IMG/VR virus record: IMGVR_UViG_3300045988_138129
Location: 1 to 25,037 of that record
Strand: one strand, 5' to 3'
Length of the DNA stretch: 25,037 bases
Source of the DNA: a virus
Lineage: Duplodnaviria; Heunggongvirae; Uroviricota; Caudoviricetes
Of the stretch, positions 17,082-24,959 are shown piece by piece. Numbering within the stretch: the stretch's first letter is position 1; every line of letters begins with the position of its first letter. Below the pieces are notes generated by a model that saw only the letters and a list, made by a program, of their open reading frames with translations, ran no database searches and was not told the DNA's origin. The position numbers and the translations under genes are program-made.

Positions 17082-17891
17082 TCACTTAATTATTGGATAA
17101 CTCACACAAGTATGACCGTTGCTTATCGCATACATTTGGTTTCCCTTAAGATTTACAAATGGAAATGTCGTATACTCATAATTTATAGAGGTCATATTAA
17201 ATGTAAGGAATTTATCTTCAAGTTCTAATTTTGTAGAGTGGGCAGGGTATGTTCCTTCATTTCTCATTGTGATAATAAAACCGATAGGAAAAAAATGTAA
17301 AGCACAAATAAATGCCACATGTCCTTCGTTCATAAATGCTACACTTTGAGCGGATATGTGCATTCTGTGTGGGTAAAACCAGTAGTAAATATCATGAGTT
17401 TCCTCAAAACTTGAATTTTTACCCAAAACATAATCCTTTAAAGGTGTATAGAAGGGGCTATCTACGGGTTCTTTTTTACAATCTTCAACTGAAGTTGCTG
17501 ATAGCACGTGCCCAATCATAGCCTTAGTGAAAGATATGCTATCAAAAGGTATTCTAATGAATGGATATACATTCATACCATTCATATATCGACTTAACTG
17601 TTCTTTAAAGGACTTTGTTACATTTTCAATTGCAACATCGAGCCCACCTAATACCTTATTGTTACAGTGGCTGCAAATGGTTCTGAAATAAGAGCCATTT
17701 TTAGCATTTAATGGTTTAACTGGTTCCTGAATACCAAAAAATTCGCTAACTGTTTTCTGCAAAACAGGGCCTAAGGTTATGGCGCACTTTGGAGGAACAT
17801 GATCTTTTGTGAGCAAGCCATATTTCCCACAAATATTGCAATAACCTTCAGTAATGCCATTGTGCTTCCATCGTTCACTAATTTTCGTCAT
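17082..17891 (-). CDS. HNH endonuclease-domain protein (N-terminal HNH motif, C-terminal domain of unknown function)
   Basis: 269 aa, AT-rich, GAGGGA RBS before the ATG at 17891. Motif C-N-I-C-G-x9-D-H-V-P-P-K ... N-x12-C-S-H-C-N-N-K fits the CxxC...(D/H)H..P...N...CxxC(N)xK HNH zinc-finger nuclease pattern. Confidence 0.78.
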   Translation of the reverse strand: MTKISERWKHNGITEGYCNICGKYGLLTKDHVPPKCAITLGPVLQKTVSEFFGIQEPVKPLNAKNGSYFRTICSHCNNKVLGGLDVAIENVTKSFKEQLSRYMNGMNVYPFIRIPFDSISFTKAMIGHVLSATSVEDCKKEPVDSPFYTPLKDYVLGKNSSFEETHDIYYWFYPHRMHISAQSVAFMNEGHVAFICALHFFPIGFIITMRNEGTYPAHSTKLELEDKFLTFNMTSINYEYTTFPFVNLKGNQMYAISNGHTCVSYPIIK

Positions 17892-18007
17892 TTTTATTCC
17901 CTCAGTAGCATAAGCTATCTATACGTTTTTTAATCCTATCAAAGATACAACTTAACGTCAGGAAAATGATAGTGTTTATCTAAGTAATACAATTAACTTC
18001 AACGCGT

Positions 18008-18039
18008 GACAGTCTGCTTTTCGCTCAAAGCAGACTGTC
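18008..18039. repeat. Perfect palindrome site C (GACAGTCTGCTTT-tcgctc-AAAGCAGACTGTC) upstream of the HNH gene
   Basis: 13-bp perfect inverted arms around a 6-nt centre. The arms share the GACAGTC(T/C)GCT...AGCAGAC sequence with sites A and B. No T-run follows, so it is not a classic terminator; it could be a recombination site or operator. Confidence 0.65.
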
Positions 18040-18103
18040 AGATTTGATAGCGTTTTGGCTATGTAAATTGTCAGTCGGAAAATGAGTGAGTACAAACTAG
18101 GAC

Positions 18104-18128
18104 AGGCGGGCGAATTGCCCGCCTTTTC
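18104..18128 (+). terminator. Rho-independent terminator (plus orientation) just upstream of the FI promoter region
   Basis: AGGCGGGC-gaatt-GCCCGCCT hairpin followed by TTTTCT. Confidence 0.7.
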
Positions 18129-18227
18129 TGTATCTGTTGTTTCATCCACTGACCAGACAGATCAAATAGCGTCTCATGCTCTGTACAACAGAAAATAGTT
18201 GCACCCATTAACCACGGAGTTAAACGG
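18129..18227 (+). promoter_or_regulatory. Expected late promoter region for the FI-FII-E-T-U-D operon
   Basis: Called from position: the ~100 bp upstream of FI after the terminator, containing a TGTTGTTTCATCC...CCAGACAGA element. I could not confirm an exact match to the late-promoter dyad I recall from the P2 literature. Confidence 0.3.
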
Positions 18228-19418
18228 ATGAGTGACTATCATCACGGCGTGCAGGTGCTGGAGATTAACGACGGCACCCGCGTCATTTCAACCGTATCCA
18301 CCGCCATTGTCGGCATGGTCTGCACGGCCAGCGATGCGGATGCGGAAACCTTCCCCCTCAATAAACCGGTGCTGATTACCAATGTGCAGAGCGCAATTGC
18401 AAAGGCCGGTAAAAAAGGCACGCTGGCGGCATCGTTGCAGGCCATCGCTGACCAGTCAAAACCGGTCACCGTTGTTGTGCGCGTGGAAGACGGCACCGGC
18501 GACGACGAAGAAACGAAACTCGCGCAGACCGTTTCCAATATCATCGGCACCACCGACGAAAACGGTCAGTACACCGGACTGAAAGCCCTGCTGGCGGCGG
18601 AGTCGGTAACCGGTGTTAAACCGCGTATTCTCGGCGTACCGGGACTGGATACCAAAGAGGTGGCTGTTGCACTGGCATCAGTCTGTCAGAAGTTGCGCGC
18701 TTTCGGGTATATCAGCGCATGGGGCTGTAAAACCATTTCCGAGGTGAAAGCTTACCGCCAGAATTTCAGCCAGCGTGAGCTGATGGTCATCTGGCCGGAT
18801 TTCCTCGCATGGGATACGGTCACCAGTACCACCGCCACCGCGTATGCTACCGCCCGTGCGCTGGGTCTGCGTGCCAAAATCGACCAGGAGCAGGGCTGGC
18901 ATAAAACGCTGTCCAACGTCGGGGTGAACGGTGTTACCGGCATCAGCGCATCTGTATTCTGGGATTTGCAGGAGTCCGGCACCGATGCTGACCTGCTTAA
19001 CGAGTCAGGCGTCACAACACTGATTCGCCGTGACGGTTTCCGCTTCTGGGGTAACCGTACCTGCTCTGATGACCCGCTGTTCCTCTTTGAAAACTACACC
19101 CGCACCGCACAGGTACTGGCCGACACGATGGCTGAGGCGCACATGTGGGCGGTGGACAAGCCCATCACCGCAACGCTGATTCGTGACATCGTTGACGGCA
19201 TCAATGCCAAATTCCGTGAGCTGAAAACAAACGGCTATATCGTGGATGCGACCTGCTGGTTTAGCGAAGAATCCAACGATGCGGAAACCCTCAAGGCCGG
19301 AAAACTGTATATCGACTACGACTATACCCCGGTGCCTCCTCTTGAAAACCTGACCCTGCGCCAGCGTATCACCGATAAATACCTGGCAAATCTGGTCACC
19401 TCGGTTAACAGCAATTAA
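18228..19418 (+). CDS. FI: Tail sheath protein gpFI
   Basis: 396 aa, MSDYHHGVQVLEINDGTRVISTVSTAIVGMVCTASDADAETFPLNKPVLITNVQ...; contractile tail sheath of P2 type. Confidence 0.95.
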   Translation: MSDYHHGVQVLEINDGTRVISTVSTAIVGMVCTASDADAETFPLNKPVLITNVQSAIAKAGKKGTLAASLQAIADQSKPVTVVVRVEDGTGDDEETKLAQTVSNIIGTTDENGQYTGLKALLAAESVTGVKPRILGVPGLDTKEVAVALASVCQKLRAFGYISAWGCKTISEVKAYRQNFSQRELMVIWPDFLAWDTVTSTTATAYATARALGLRAKIDQEQGWHKTLSNVGVNGVTGISASVFWDLQESGTDADLLNESGVTTLIRRDGFRFWGNRTCSDDPLFLFENYTRTAQVLADTMAEAHMWAVDKPITATLIRDIVDGINAKFRELKTNGYIVDATCWFSEESNDAETLKAGKLYIDYDYTPVPPLENLTLRQRITDKYLANLVTSVNSN

Positions 19419-19430
19419 GGAGCCTGACCG

Positions 19431-19949
19431 ATGGCAATGCCGCGCAAACTCAAGTTAATGAACGTCTTTCTGAACGGCTACAGCTATCAGGGCGTTGCAA
19501 AGTCCGTCACGCTGCCAAAACTGACCCGTAAGCTCGAAAACTATCGAGGTGCGGGGATGAACGGCAGCGCACCGGTAGACCTCGGCCTTGATGACGATGC
19601 GCTGTCAATGGAGTGGTCGCTCGGGGGCTTCCCGGATTCGGTTATCTGGGAGCTTTACGCCGCAACCGGTGTGGATGCCGTGCCGATTCGTTTTGCAGGC
19701 TCTTACCAGCGCGACGATACCGGCGAAACGGTGGCCGTCGAGGTGGTCATGCGTGGACGTCAGAAAGAAATCGACACCGGCGAGGGTAAACAGGGAGAAG
19801 ACACCGAGTCGAAAATCTCCGTGGTCTGCACCTATTTCCGGCTGACGATGGACGGTAAGGAGCTGGTCGAAATCGACACCATCAACATGATTGAGAAGGT
19901 GAACGGCGTCGACCGGCTGGAGCAACACCGCCGCAATATCGGCCTGTGA
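19431..19949 (+). CDS. FII: Tail tube protein gpFII
   Basis: 172 aa, MAMPRKLKLMNVFLNGYSYQGVAKSVTLPKLTRKLENYRGAGMNGSAPVDLGLDDDALSMEW...; follows the sheath gene. Confidence 0.94.
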   Translation: MAMPRKLKLMNVFLNGYSYQGVAKSVTLPKLTRKLENYRGAGMNGSAPVDLGLDDDALSMEWSLGGFPDSVIWELYAATGVDAVPIRFAGSYQRDDTGETVAVEVVMRGRQKEIDTGEGKQGEDTESKISVVCTYFRLTMDGKELVEIDTINMIEKVNGVDRLEQHRRNIGL

Positions 19950-20006
19950 TTTTCATCCGGTCAGCCAGGCTGACCGGTTAACCCCCGATTCAGAAGTGAG
20001 AAAACC

Positions 20007-20282
20007 ATGAACAAAGAAAATGTGATTACCCTGGACAATCCGGTCAAGCGTGGTGAGCAGGTCATCGAACAGGTCACGCTGATGAAACCCAGTGCCGGGA
20101 CGCTGCGCGGTGTCAGTCTGGCTGCGGTCGCGAACTCTGAAGTCGATGCACTGATTAAGGTGCTGCCGCGCATGACGGCACCGATGCTGACCGAGCAGGA
20201 AGTCGCCGCGCTGGAACTGCCTGACCTTGTGGCGCTGGCCGGTAAGGTGGTCGGTTTTTTGTCGCCGAACTCGGTGCAGTGA
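20007..20282 (+). CDS. E: Tail assembly chaperone gpE
   Basis: 91 aa, MNKENVITLDNPVKRGEQVIEQVTLMKPSAGTLRGVSLAAVANSEVDALIKVLPRMTAPM...; ends 9 codons after a TTTTTTG slippery heptamer. Confidence 0.9.
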   Translation: MNKENVITLDNPVKRGEQVIEQVTLMKPSAGTLRGVSLAAVANSEVDALIKVLPRMTAPMLTEQEVAALELPDLVALAGKVVGFLSPNSVQ

Positions 20283-20434
20283 CGTTTCCGAAAAATCTCT
20301 CGGTCGATGACCTGATGGCGGATGTGGCAGTGATATTTCACTGGCCGCCATCAGAACTGTATCCCATGAGCCTGACCGAACTCATCACATGGCGCGAAAA
20401 GGCGCTCCGGCGAAGCGGAAACACGAATGAGTAA
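20007..20434 (+). CDS. E': gpE+E' fusion chaperone made by -1 programmed ribosomal frameshift near the end of E
   Basis: After a -1 slip at the TTTTTTG heptamer (20255..20261) the frame stays open for 58 codons (VAELGAVTFPKNLSVDDLMADVAVIFHWPPSELYPMSLTELITWREKALRRSGNTNE) to TAA at 20432..20434, overlapping the T start. Same logic as lambda G/GT. Confidence 0.75.
20255..20261 (+). promoter_or_regulatory. -1 frameshift slippery heptamer T-TTT-TTG
   Basis: X-XXY-YYZ slippery sequence in the E reading frame, 21 nt before the E stop, with an open -1 frame downstream. Confidence 0.7.
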
Positions 20435-22874
20435 CAATGTAAAATTACAGGTATTGCTCAGGGCTGTTGACCAGGCATCCCGCCCGTTTAAATCCATCCG
20501 CACAGCGAGCAAATCGCTGTCGGGGGATATCCGGGAAACACAAAAATCACTGCGCGAGCTGAACGGTCAGGCATCCCGTATTGAGGGATTCCGCAAGACC
20601 AGTGCACAGCTCGCCGTGACTGGTCATGCACTTGAAAAGGCACGGCAGGAGGCCGAAGCCCTTGCCACACAGTTTAAAAACACCGAACGTCCGACCCGTG
20701 CTCAGGCGAAAGTGCTGGAATCCGCAAAGCGTGCGGCGGAGGACTTACAGGCGAAATATAACCGCCTGACAGATTCCGTTAAACGCCAGCAGCGGGAACT
20801 GGCCGCTGTGGGAATTAATACCCGCAATCTTGCACATGATGAGCAGGGACTGAAAAACCGTATCAGTGAAACCACCGCACAGCTTAACCGTCAGCGCGAC
20901 GCGCTGGCGCGTGTCAGTGCACAACAGGCAAAACTTAACGCAGTAAAACAGCGTTATCAGGCCGGAAAGGAACTGGCCGGAAATATGGCCTCGGTGGGCG
21001 CTGCCGGTGTGGGGATTGCGGCGGCGGGAACGATGGCCGGAGTTAAGCTGCTGATGCCCGGTTATGAGTTTGCGCAGAAAAACTCAGAATTGCAGGCCGT
21101 GCTCGGAGTGGTAAAAGACTCCGCCGAAATGGCTGCACTACGCAAGCAGGCGCGTCAGCTCGGCGACAATACCGCAGCCTCGGCAGATGATGCAGCTGGT
21201 GCGCAGATTATTATTGCGAAAGCCGGTGGGGATGTTGATGCCATTCAGGCGGCAACGCCGGTCACGCTGAATATGGCGCTGGCGAACCGTCGCACGATGG
21301 AAGAAAACGCCGCCCTGCTGATGGGGATGAAATCCGCCTTTCAGCTTTCAAACGATAAGGTCGCTCATATCGGGGATGTTCTCTCCATGACGATGAACAA
21401 AACCGCCGCCGATTTTGACGGCATGAGCGATGCGCTGACCTATGCCGCACCTGTGGCAAAAAATGCCGGTGTCAGCATTGAAGAAACCGCCGCAATGGTC
21501 GGGGCGCTGCATGATGCAAAAATCACAGGCTCAATGGCGGGAACGGGAAGCCGTGCCGTGTTAAGCCGCCTGCAGGCACCGACGGGAAAAGCATGGGATG
21601 CACTCAAAGAGCTTGGTGTGAAAACCTCAGACAGTAAGGGAAACACCCGACCAGTATTTACCATTCTGAAAGAAATGCAGGCCAGTTTTGAGAAAAACCG
21701 GCTCGGTACTGCCCAGCAGGCTGAATACATGAAAACCATTTTCGGGGAGGAGGCCAGTTCAGCCGCCGCCGTGCTGATGACTGCCGCCTCAACCGGAAAG
21801 CTGGACAAACTGACCGCTGCGTTTAAAGCCTCAGACGGAAAGACCGCAGAGCTGGTAAATATCATGCAGGACAACCTCGGCGGTGACTTTAAGGAGTTTC
21901 AGTCCGCTTATGAGGCGGTGGGGACTGACCTGTTTGACCAGCAGGAAGGCGCACTGCGTAAGCTCACGCAGACGGCCACAAAGTATGTGTTAAAACTCGA
22001 CGGCTGGATCCAGAAAAACAAATCACTGGCGTCAACCATCGGCATCATTGTCGGTGGTGCACTGGCAATGATTGGTGTCATCGGTGCCATTGGCCTCGTA
22101 GCCTGGCCGGTTATCACCGGCATCAATGCCATCATCGCGGCAGCAGGCGCAATGGGGGCAATCTTCACGACGGTTGGCAGTGCTGTTATGACCGCCATTG
22201 GAGCGATTAGCTGGCCGGTTGTGGCCGTGGTGGCCGCCATTGTCGCCGGGGCGTTGCTTATCCGTAAATACTGGGAGCCTGTCAGCGCATTCTTTGGCGG
22301 TGTGGTGGAAGGGCTGAAAGCGGCATTTGCGCCGGTGGGGGAACTGTTCACGCCACTTAAGCCGGTGTTTGACTGGCTGGGCGAAAAGTTACAGGCCGCG
22401 TGGCAGTGGTTTAAAAACCTGATTGCCCCGGTTAAAGCCACACAGGACACCCTGAACCGTTGCCGTGACACGGGCGTCATGTTCGGGCAGGCACTGGCTG
22501 ACGCGTTGATGCTGCCGCTTAATGCGTTCAACAAACTGCGCAGTGGTATTGACTGGGTACTGGAAAAACTCGGTGTTATTAACAAAGAGTCAGACACACT
22601 TGACCAGACCGCCGCAAGGACTAATGCCGCCACGTATGGCACCGGTGGTTATATTCCGGCGACCAGCTCTTATGCAGGCTATCAGGCTTATCAGCCGGTT
22701 ACGGCACCGGCTGGCCGCTCTTATGTGGACCAGAGTAAAAACGAATATCACATCAGCCTGACGGGTGGTACTGCGCCGGGGACACAGCCTGACCGCCAGT
22801 TACAGGATGCGCTCGAAAAATACGAGCGGGATAAACGTGCGCGCGCCCGTGCCAGCATGATGCATGACGGTTAA
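20427..22874 (+). CDS. T: Tail tape measure protein gpT
   Basis: 815 aa, N-terminal coiled-coil region, central Gly/Ala-rich hydrophobic segment (IGIIVGGALAMIGVIGAIGLVAWPVITGINAIIAAAGAMG...), position after E/E'. Confidence 0.94.
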   Translation: MSNNVKLQVLLRAVDQASRPFKSIRTASKSLSGDIRETQKSLRELNGQASRIEGFRKTSAQLAVTGHALEKARQEAEALATQFKNTERPTRAQAKVLESAKRAAEDLQAKYNRLTDSVKRQQRELAAVGINTRNLAHDEQGLKNRISETTAQLNRQRDALARVSAQQAKLNAVKQRYQAGKELAGNMASVGAAGVGIAAAGTMAGVKLLMPGYEFAQKNSELQAVLGVVKDSAEMAALRKQARQLGDNTAASADDAAGAQIIIAKAGGDVDAIQAATPVTLNMALANRRTMEENAALLMGMKSAFQLSNDKVAHIGDVLSMTMNKTAADFDGMSDALTYAAPVAKNAGVSIEETAAMVGALHDAKITGSMAGTGSRAVLSRLQAPTGKAWDALKELGVKTSDSKGNTRPVFTILKEMQASFEKNRLGTAQQAEYMKTIFGEEASSAAAVLMTAASTGKLDKLTAAFKASDGKTAELVNIMQDNLGGDFKEFQSAYEAVGTDLFDQQEGALRKLTQTATKYVLKLDGWIQKNKSLASTIGIIVGGALAMIGVIGAIGLVAWPVITGINAIIAAAGAMGAIFTTVGSAVMTAIGAISWPVVAVVAAIVAGALLIRKYWEPVSAFFGGVVEGLKAAFAPVGELFTPLKPVFDWLGEKLQAAWQWFKNLIAPVKATQDTLNRCRDTGVMFGQALADALMLPLNAFNKLRSGIDWVLEKLGVINKESDTLDQTAARTNAATYGTGGYIPATSSYAGYQAYQPVTAPAGRSYVDQSKNEYHISLTGGTAPGTQPDRQLQDALEKYERDKRARARASMMHDG

Positions 22875-22888
22875 GGAGGTGACGAAAA

Positions 22889-23368
22889 ATGATGCTCGCG
22901 TTAGGTATGTTTGTTTTTATGCGCCAGACGCTGCCACACCAGACCATGCAGCGCGAATCAGATTATCGCTGGCCGTCAAATCCCCGTATCGGTAAACGGG
23001 ATGCCTTTCAGTTTCTCGGTGTGGGTGAGGAAAACATGACGCTTGCCGGCGTGCTTTATCCCGAACTGACCGGCGGGAAGCTGACGATGACCACGCTCAG
23101 GCTGATGGCAGAGGAAGGCCGGGCGTGGCCGTTGCTGGATGGCACCGGCATGATTTACGGCATGTATGTCATCAGCAGGGTGAGTGAAACAGGGAGTATT
23201 TTCTTTGCAGACGGCACACCCCGGAAAATTGATTTTACGTTGTCGCTCACCCGCGTGGATGAATCACTGGCCGCGCTTTATGGCGATATCGGTAAACAGG
23301 CGGAATCGCTCATCGGTAAGGCTGGCAGTATGGCGACTAAATTCACGGGTATGACGGGGGCGGGATAA
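22889..23368 (+). CDS. U: Tail protein gpU
   Basis: 159 aa, MMLALGMFVFMRQTLPHQTMQRESDYRWPSNPRIGKRDAFQFLGVGEE...; P2 gpU. Confidence 0.93.
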   Translation: MMLALGMFVFMRQTLPHQTMQRESDYRWPSNPRIGKRDAFQFLGVGEENMTLAGVLYPELTGGKLTMTTLRLMAEEGRAWPLLDGTGMIYGMYVISRVSETGSIFFADGTPRKIDFTLSLTRVDESLAALYGDIGKQAESLIGKAGSMATKFTGMTGAG

Positions 23369-24531
23369 TGCTGGACGCGCTGACATTTGATGCAGGTAGT
23401 ACGCTGACGCCGGATTACATGCTGATGCTCGACAGCAGGGATATTACCGGCAATATCAGCGACCGTCTGATGAGCATGACCCTGACGGATAACCGGGGCT
23501 TTGAGGCTGACCAGCTTGATATTGAACTGAACGATGCCGACGGGCAGGTCGGGCTGCCGGTTCGTGGCGCTGTCCTGACGGTGTATATCGGCTGGAAAGG
23601 TTTTGCCCTGGTATGCAAAGGGAAATTCACCGTTGATGAGGTTGAACACCGGGGCGCGCCGGATGTGGTCACCATCCGCGCCCGGAGTGCAGATTTCCGC
23701 GGGACGCTCAATTCCCGCCGTGAAGGCTCCTGGCATGACACCACGCTCGGTGCGATTGTTGAGGCGATAGCCTCCCGTAACAGGCTGGAAGCCAGTGTCG
23801 CTCCGTCACTGGCCGGAATTAAAATCCCGCACATCGACCAGTCGCAGGAGTCTGATGCGAAATTCCTGACCCGTCTTGCAGAACGCAACGGCGGTGAGGT
23901 CTCGGTAAAAATGGGAAAACTGTTGTTTCTCAAAGCGGGGCAGGGGGTGACGGCCAGTGGTAAAAAAATCCCGCAGGTCACCATAACCCGCAGCGACGGC
24001 GACCGCCATCATTTTGCGATTGCTGACCGTGGAGCCTATACCGGCGTAACAGCAAAGTGGTTACACACCAAAGACCCGAAGCCACAAAAGCAGAAGGTAA
24101 AACTGAAACGCAAAAAGAAAGAGAAACACCTGCGCGCACTGGAGCACCCGAAAGCGAAACCGGTCACGCAGAAGAAAACGCCAAAAGTACCGGAAGCGCG
24201 CGAAGGTGAATACATGGCAGGTGAGGCTGACAACGTTTTTGCCCTGACCACGGTATATGCCACGAAAGCGCAGGCCATGCGCGCCGCTCAGGCGAAGTGG
24301 GATAAGCTGCAACGGGGCGTTGCGGAGTTTTCCATCAGTCTGGCTACTGGTCGGGCAGATATTTACACGGAAACGCCGGTCAAAGTATCAGGCTTTAAGC
24401 GCGTCATAGACGAGCAGGACTGGACAATCACTAAGGTGACACATTTTCTGAATAATAGCGGCTTCACGACGTCCTTAGAGCTTGAGGTCAGGCTTTCTGA
24501 TGTGGAGTACGAAACAGAAGATGATGAGTGA
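23368..24531 (+). CDS. D: Tail protein / late control protein gpD
   Basis: 387 aa, MLDALTFDAGSTLTPDYMLMLDSRDITGNISDRLMSMTLTDNRGFEADQLDIELND...; start overlaps the U stop (TAATG). Confidence 0.93.
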   Translation: MLDALTFDAGSTLTPDYMLMLDSRDITGNISDRLMSMTLTDNRGFEADQLDIELNDADGQVGLPVRGAVLTVYIGWKGFALVCKGKFTVDEVEHRGAPDVVTIRARSADFRGTLNSRREGSWHDTTLGAIVEAIASRNRLEASVAPSLAGIKIPHIDQSQESDAKFLTRLAERNGGEVSVKMGKLLFLKAGQGVTASGKKIPQVTITRSDGDRHHFAIADRGAYTGVTAKWLHTKDPKPQKQKVKLKRKKKEKHLRALEHPKAKPVTQKKTPKVPEAREGEYMAGEADNVFALTTVYATKAQAMRAAQAKWDKLQRGVAEFSISLATGRADIYTETPVKVSGFKRVIDEQDWTITKVTHFLNNSGFTTSLELEVRLSDVEYETEDDE

Positions 24532-24611
24532 TGTTTTGTTTTATCTGTTTGTTTTATAAGGGTAAATTAACTAAAATGGCACCATCAACAAAACCGGAAG
24601 AGGTGCTCGCG

Positions 24612-24830
24612 ATGTTTCATTGTCCTTTATGCCAGCATGCCGCACATGCGCGTACAAGTCGCTATATCACTGACACGACAAAAGAGCGTTATCACCAGTG
24701 TCAGAACGTGAATTGCAGCGCCACGTTCATCACTTATGAGTCGGTACAGAGATACATCGTGAAGCCGGGAGAAGTCCACGCAGTAAGGCCGCACCCGTTG
24801 CCGTCAGGGCAGCAAATTATGTGGATGTAA
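24612..24830 (+). CDS. ogr: Late gene transcriptional activator Ogr (C4 zinc-finger protein)
   Basis: 72 aa, MFHCPLCQHAAHARTSRYITDTTKERYHQCQNVNCSATFITYESVQRYIVKPGEVHAVRPHPLPSGQQIMWM with CxxC...CxxxxC zinc-binding cysteines. GGAAGAGG RBS before the ATG at 24612. The ORF-track start at 24528 is an upstream extension. Confidence 0.93.
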   Translation: MFHCPLCQHAAHARTSRYITDTTKERYHQCQNVNCSATFITYESVQRYIVKPGEVHAVRPHPLPSGQQIMWM

Positions 24831-24842
24831 TTAGAAACAGGA

Positions 24843-24869
24843 AGCCCCTCAGTCGAGGGGCTTTTTTTG
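24843..24869 (+). terminator. Rho-independent terminator after ogr
   Basis: AGCCCCTC-agtc-GAGGGGCT hairpin followed by TTTTTTT, 12 nt after the ogr stop. Confidence 0.85.
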
Positions 24870-24932
24870 TCGATGTGGTCAATGTGTGGACGTGACCAGA
24901 AATAAATCCTTTTATTTCAATTTGTTGTACGT

Positions 24933-24959
24933 AAAAAATAAGCCCGTGTAAGGGAGATT
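24933..24959. other. att core-like 27-nt sequence (prophage attachment-site junction)
   Basis: AAAAAATAAGCCCGTGTAAGGGAGATT, ~100 bp after ogr, which is where att lies in P2. Matches the P2 att core as I recall it (from memory, not verified). Only 78 nt of flank remain in the window. Confidence 0.6.

Larger units (their letters stand above)
106..24959. mobile_element. P2-like prophage, late-gene region from the truncated terminase gene P through ogr and an att core-like sequence
   Basis: Gene order and protein sequences match the P2 late region (P / O N M L X Y K lysA lysB lysC R S / V W J I H G / FI FII E E' T U D ogr). Genes are tightly packed with ATGA/TGATG start-stop overlaps. Confidence 0.9.

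Noticed and set aside
21908-22642. 244-aa minus-strand ORF inside the tape measure gene
   Set aside because: Antisense to a clearly conserved 815-aa gene in GC-rich DNA, with an Ala/Ser/Thr/Pro-rich low-complexity translation typical of shadow ORFs.
24528-24611. N-terminal extension of ogr (ORF-track start at 24528, 100 aa)
   Set aside because: The conserved Ogr zinc-finger protein starts at MFHCPLCQ (24612), which has a good RBS. The extension would overlap the D stop and adds a hydrophobic leader not expected for Ogr.
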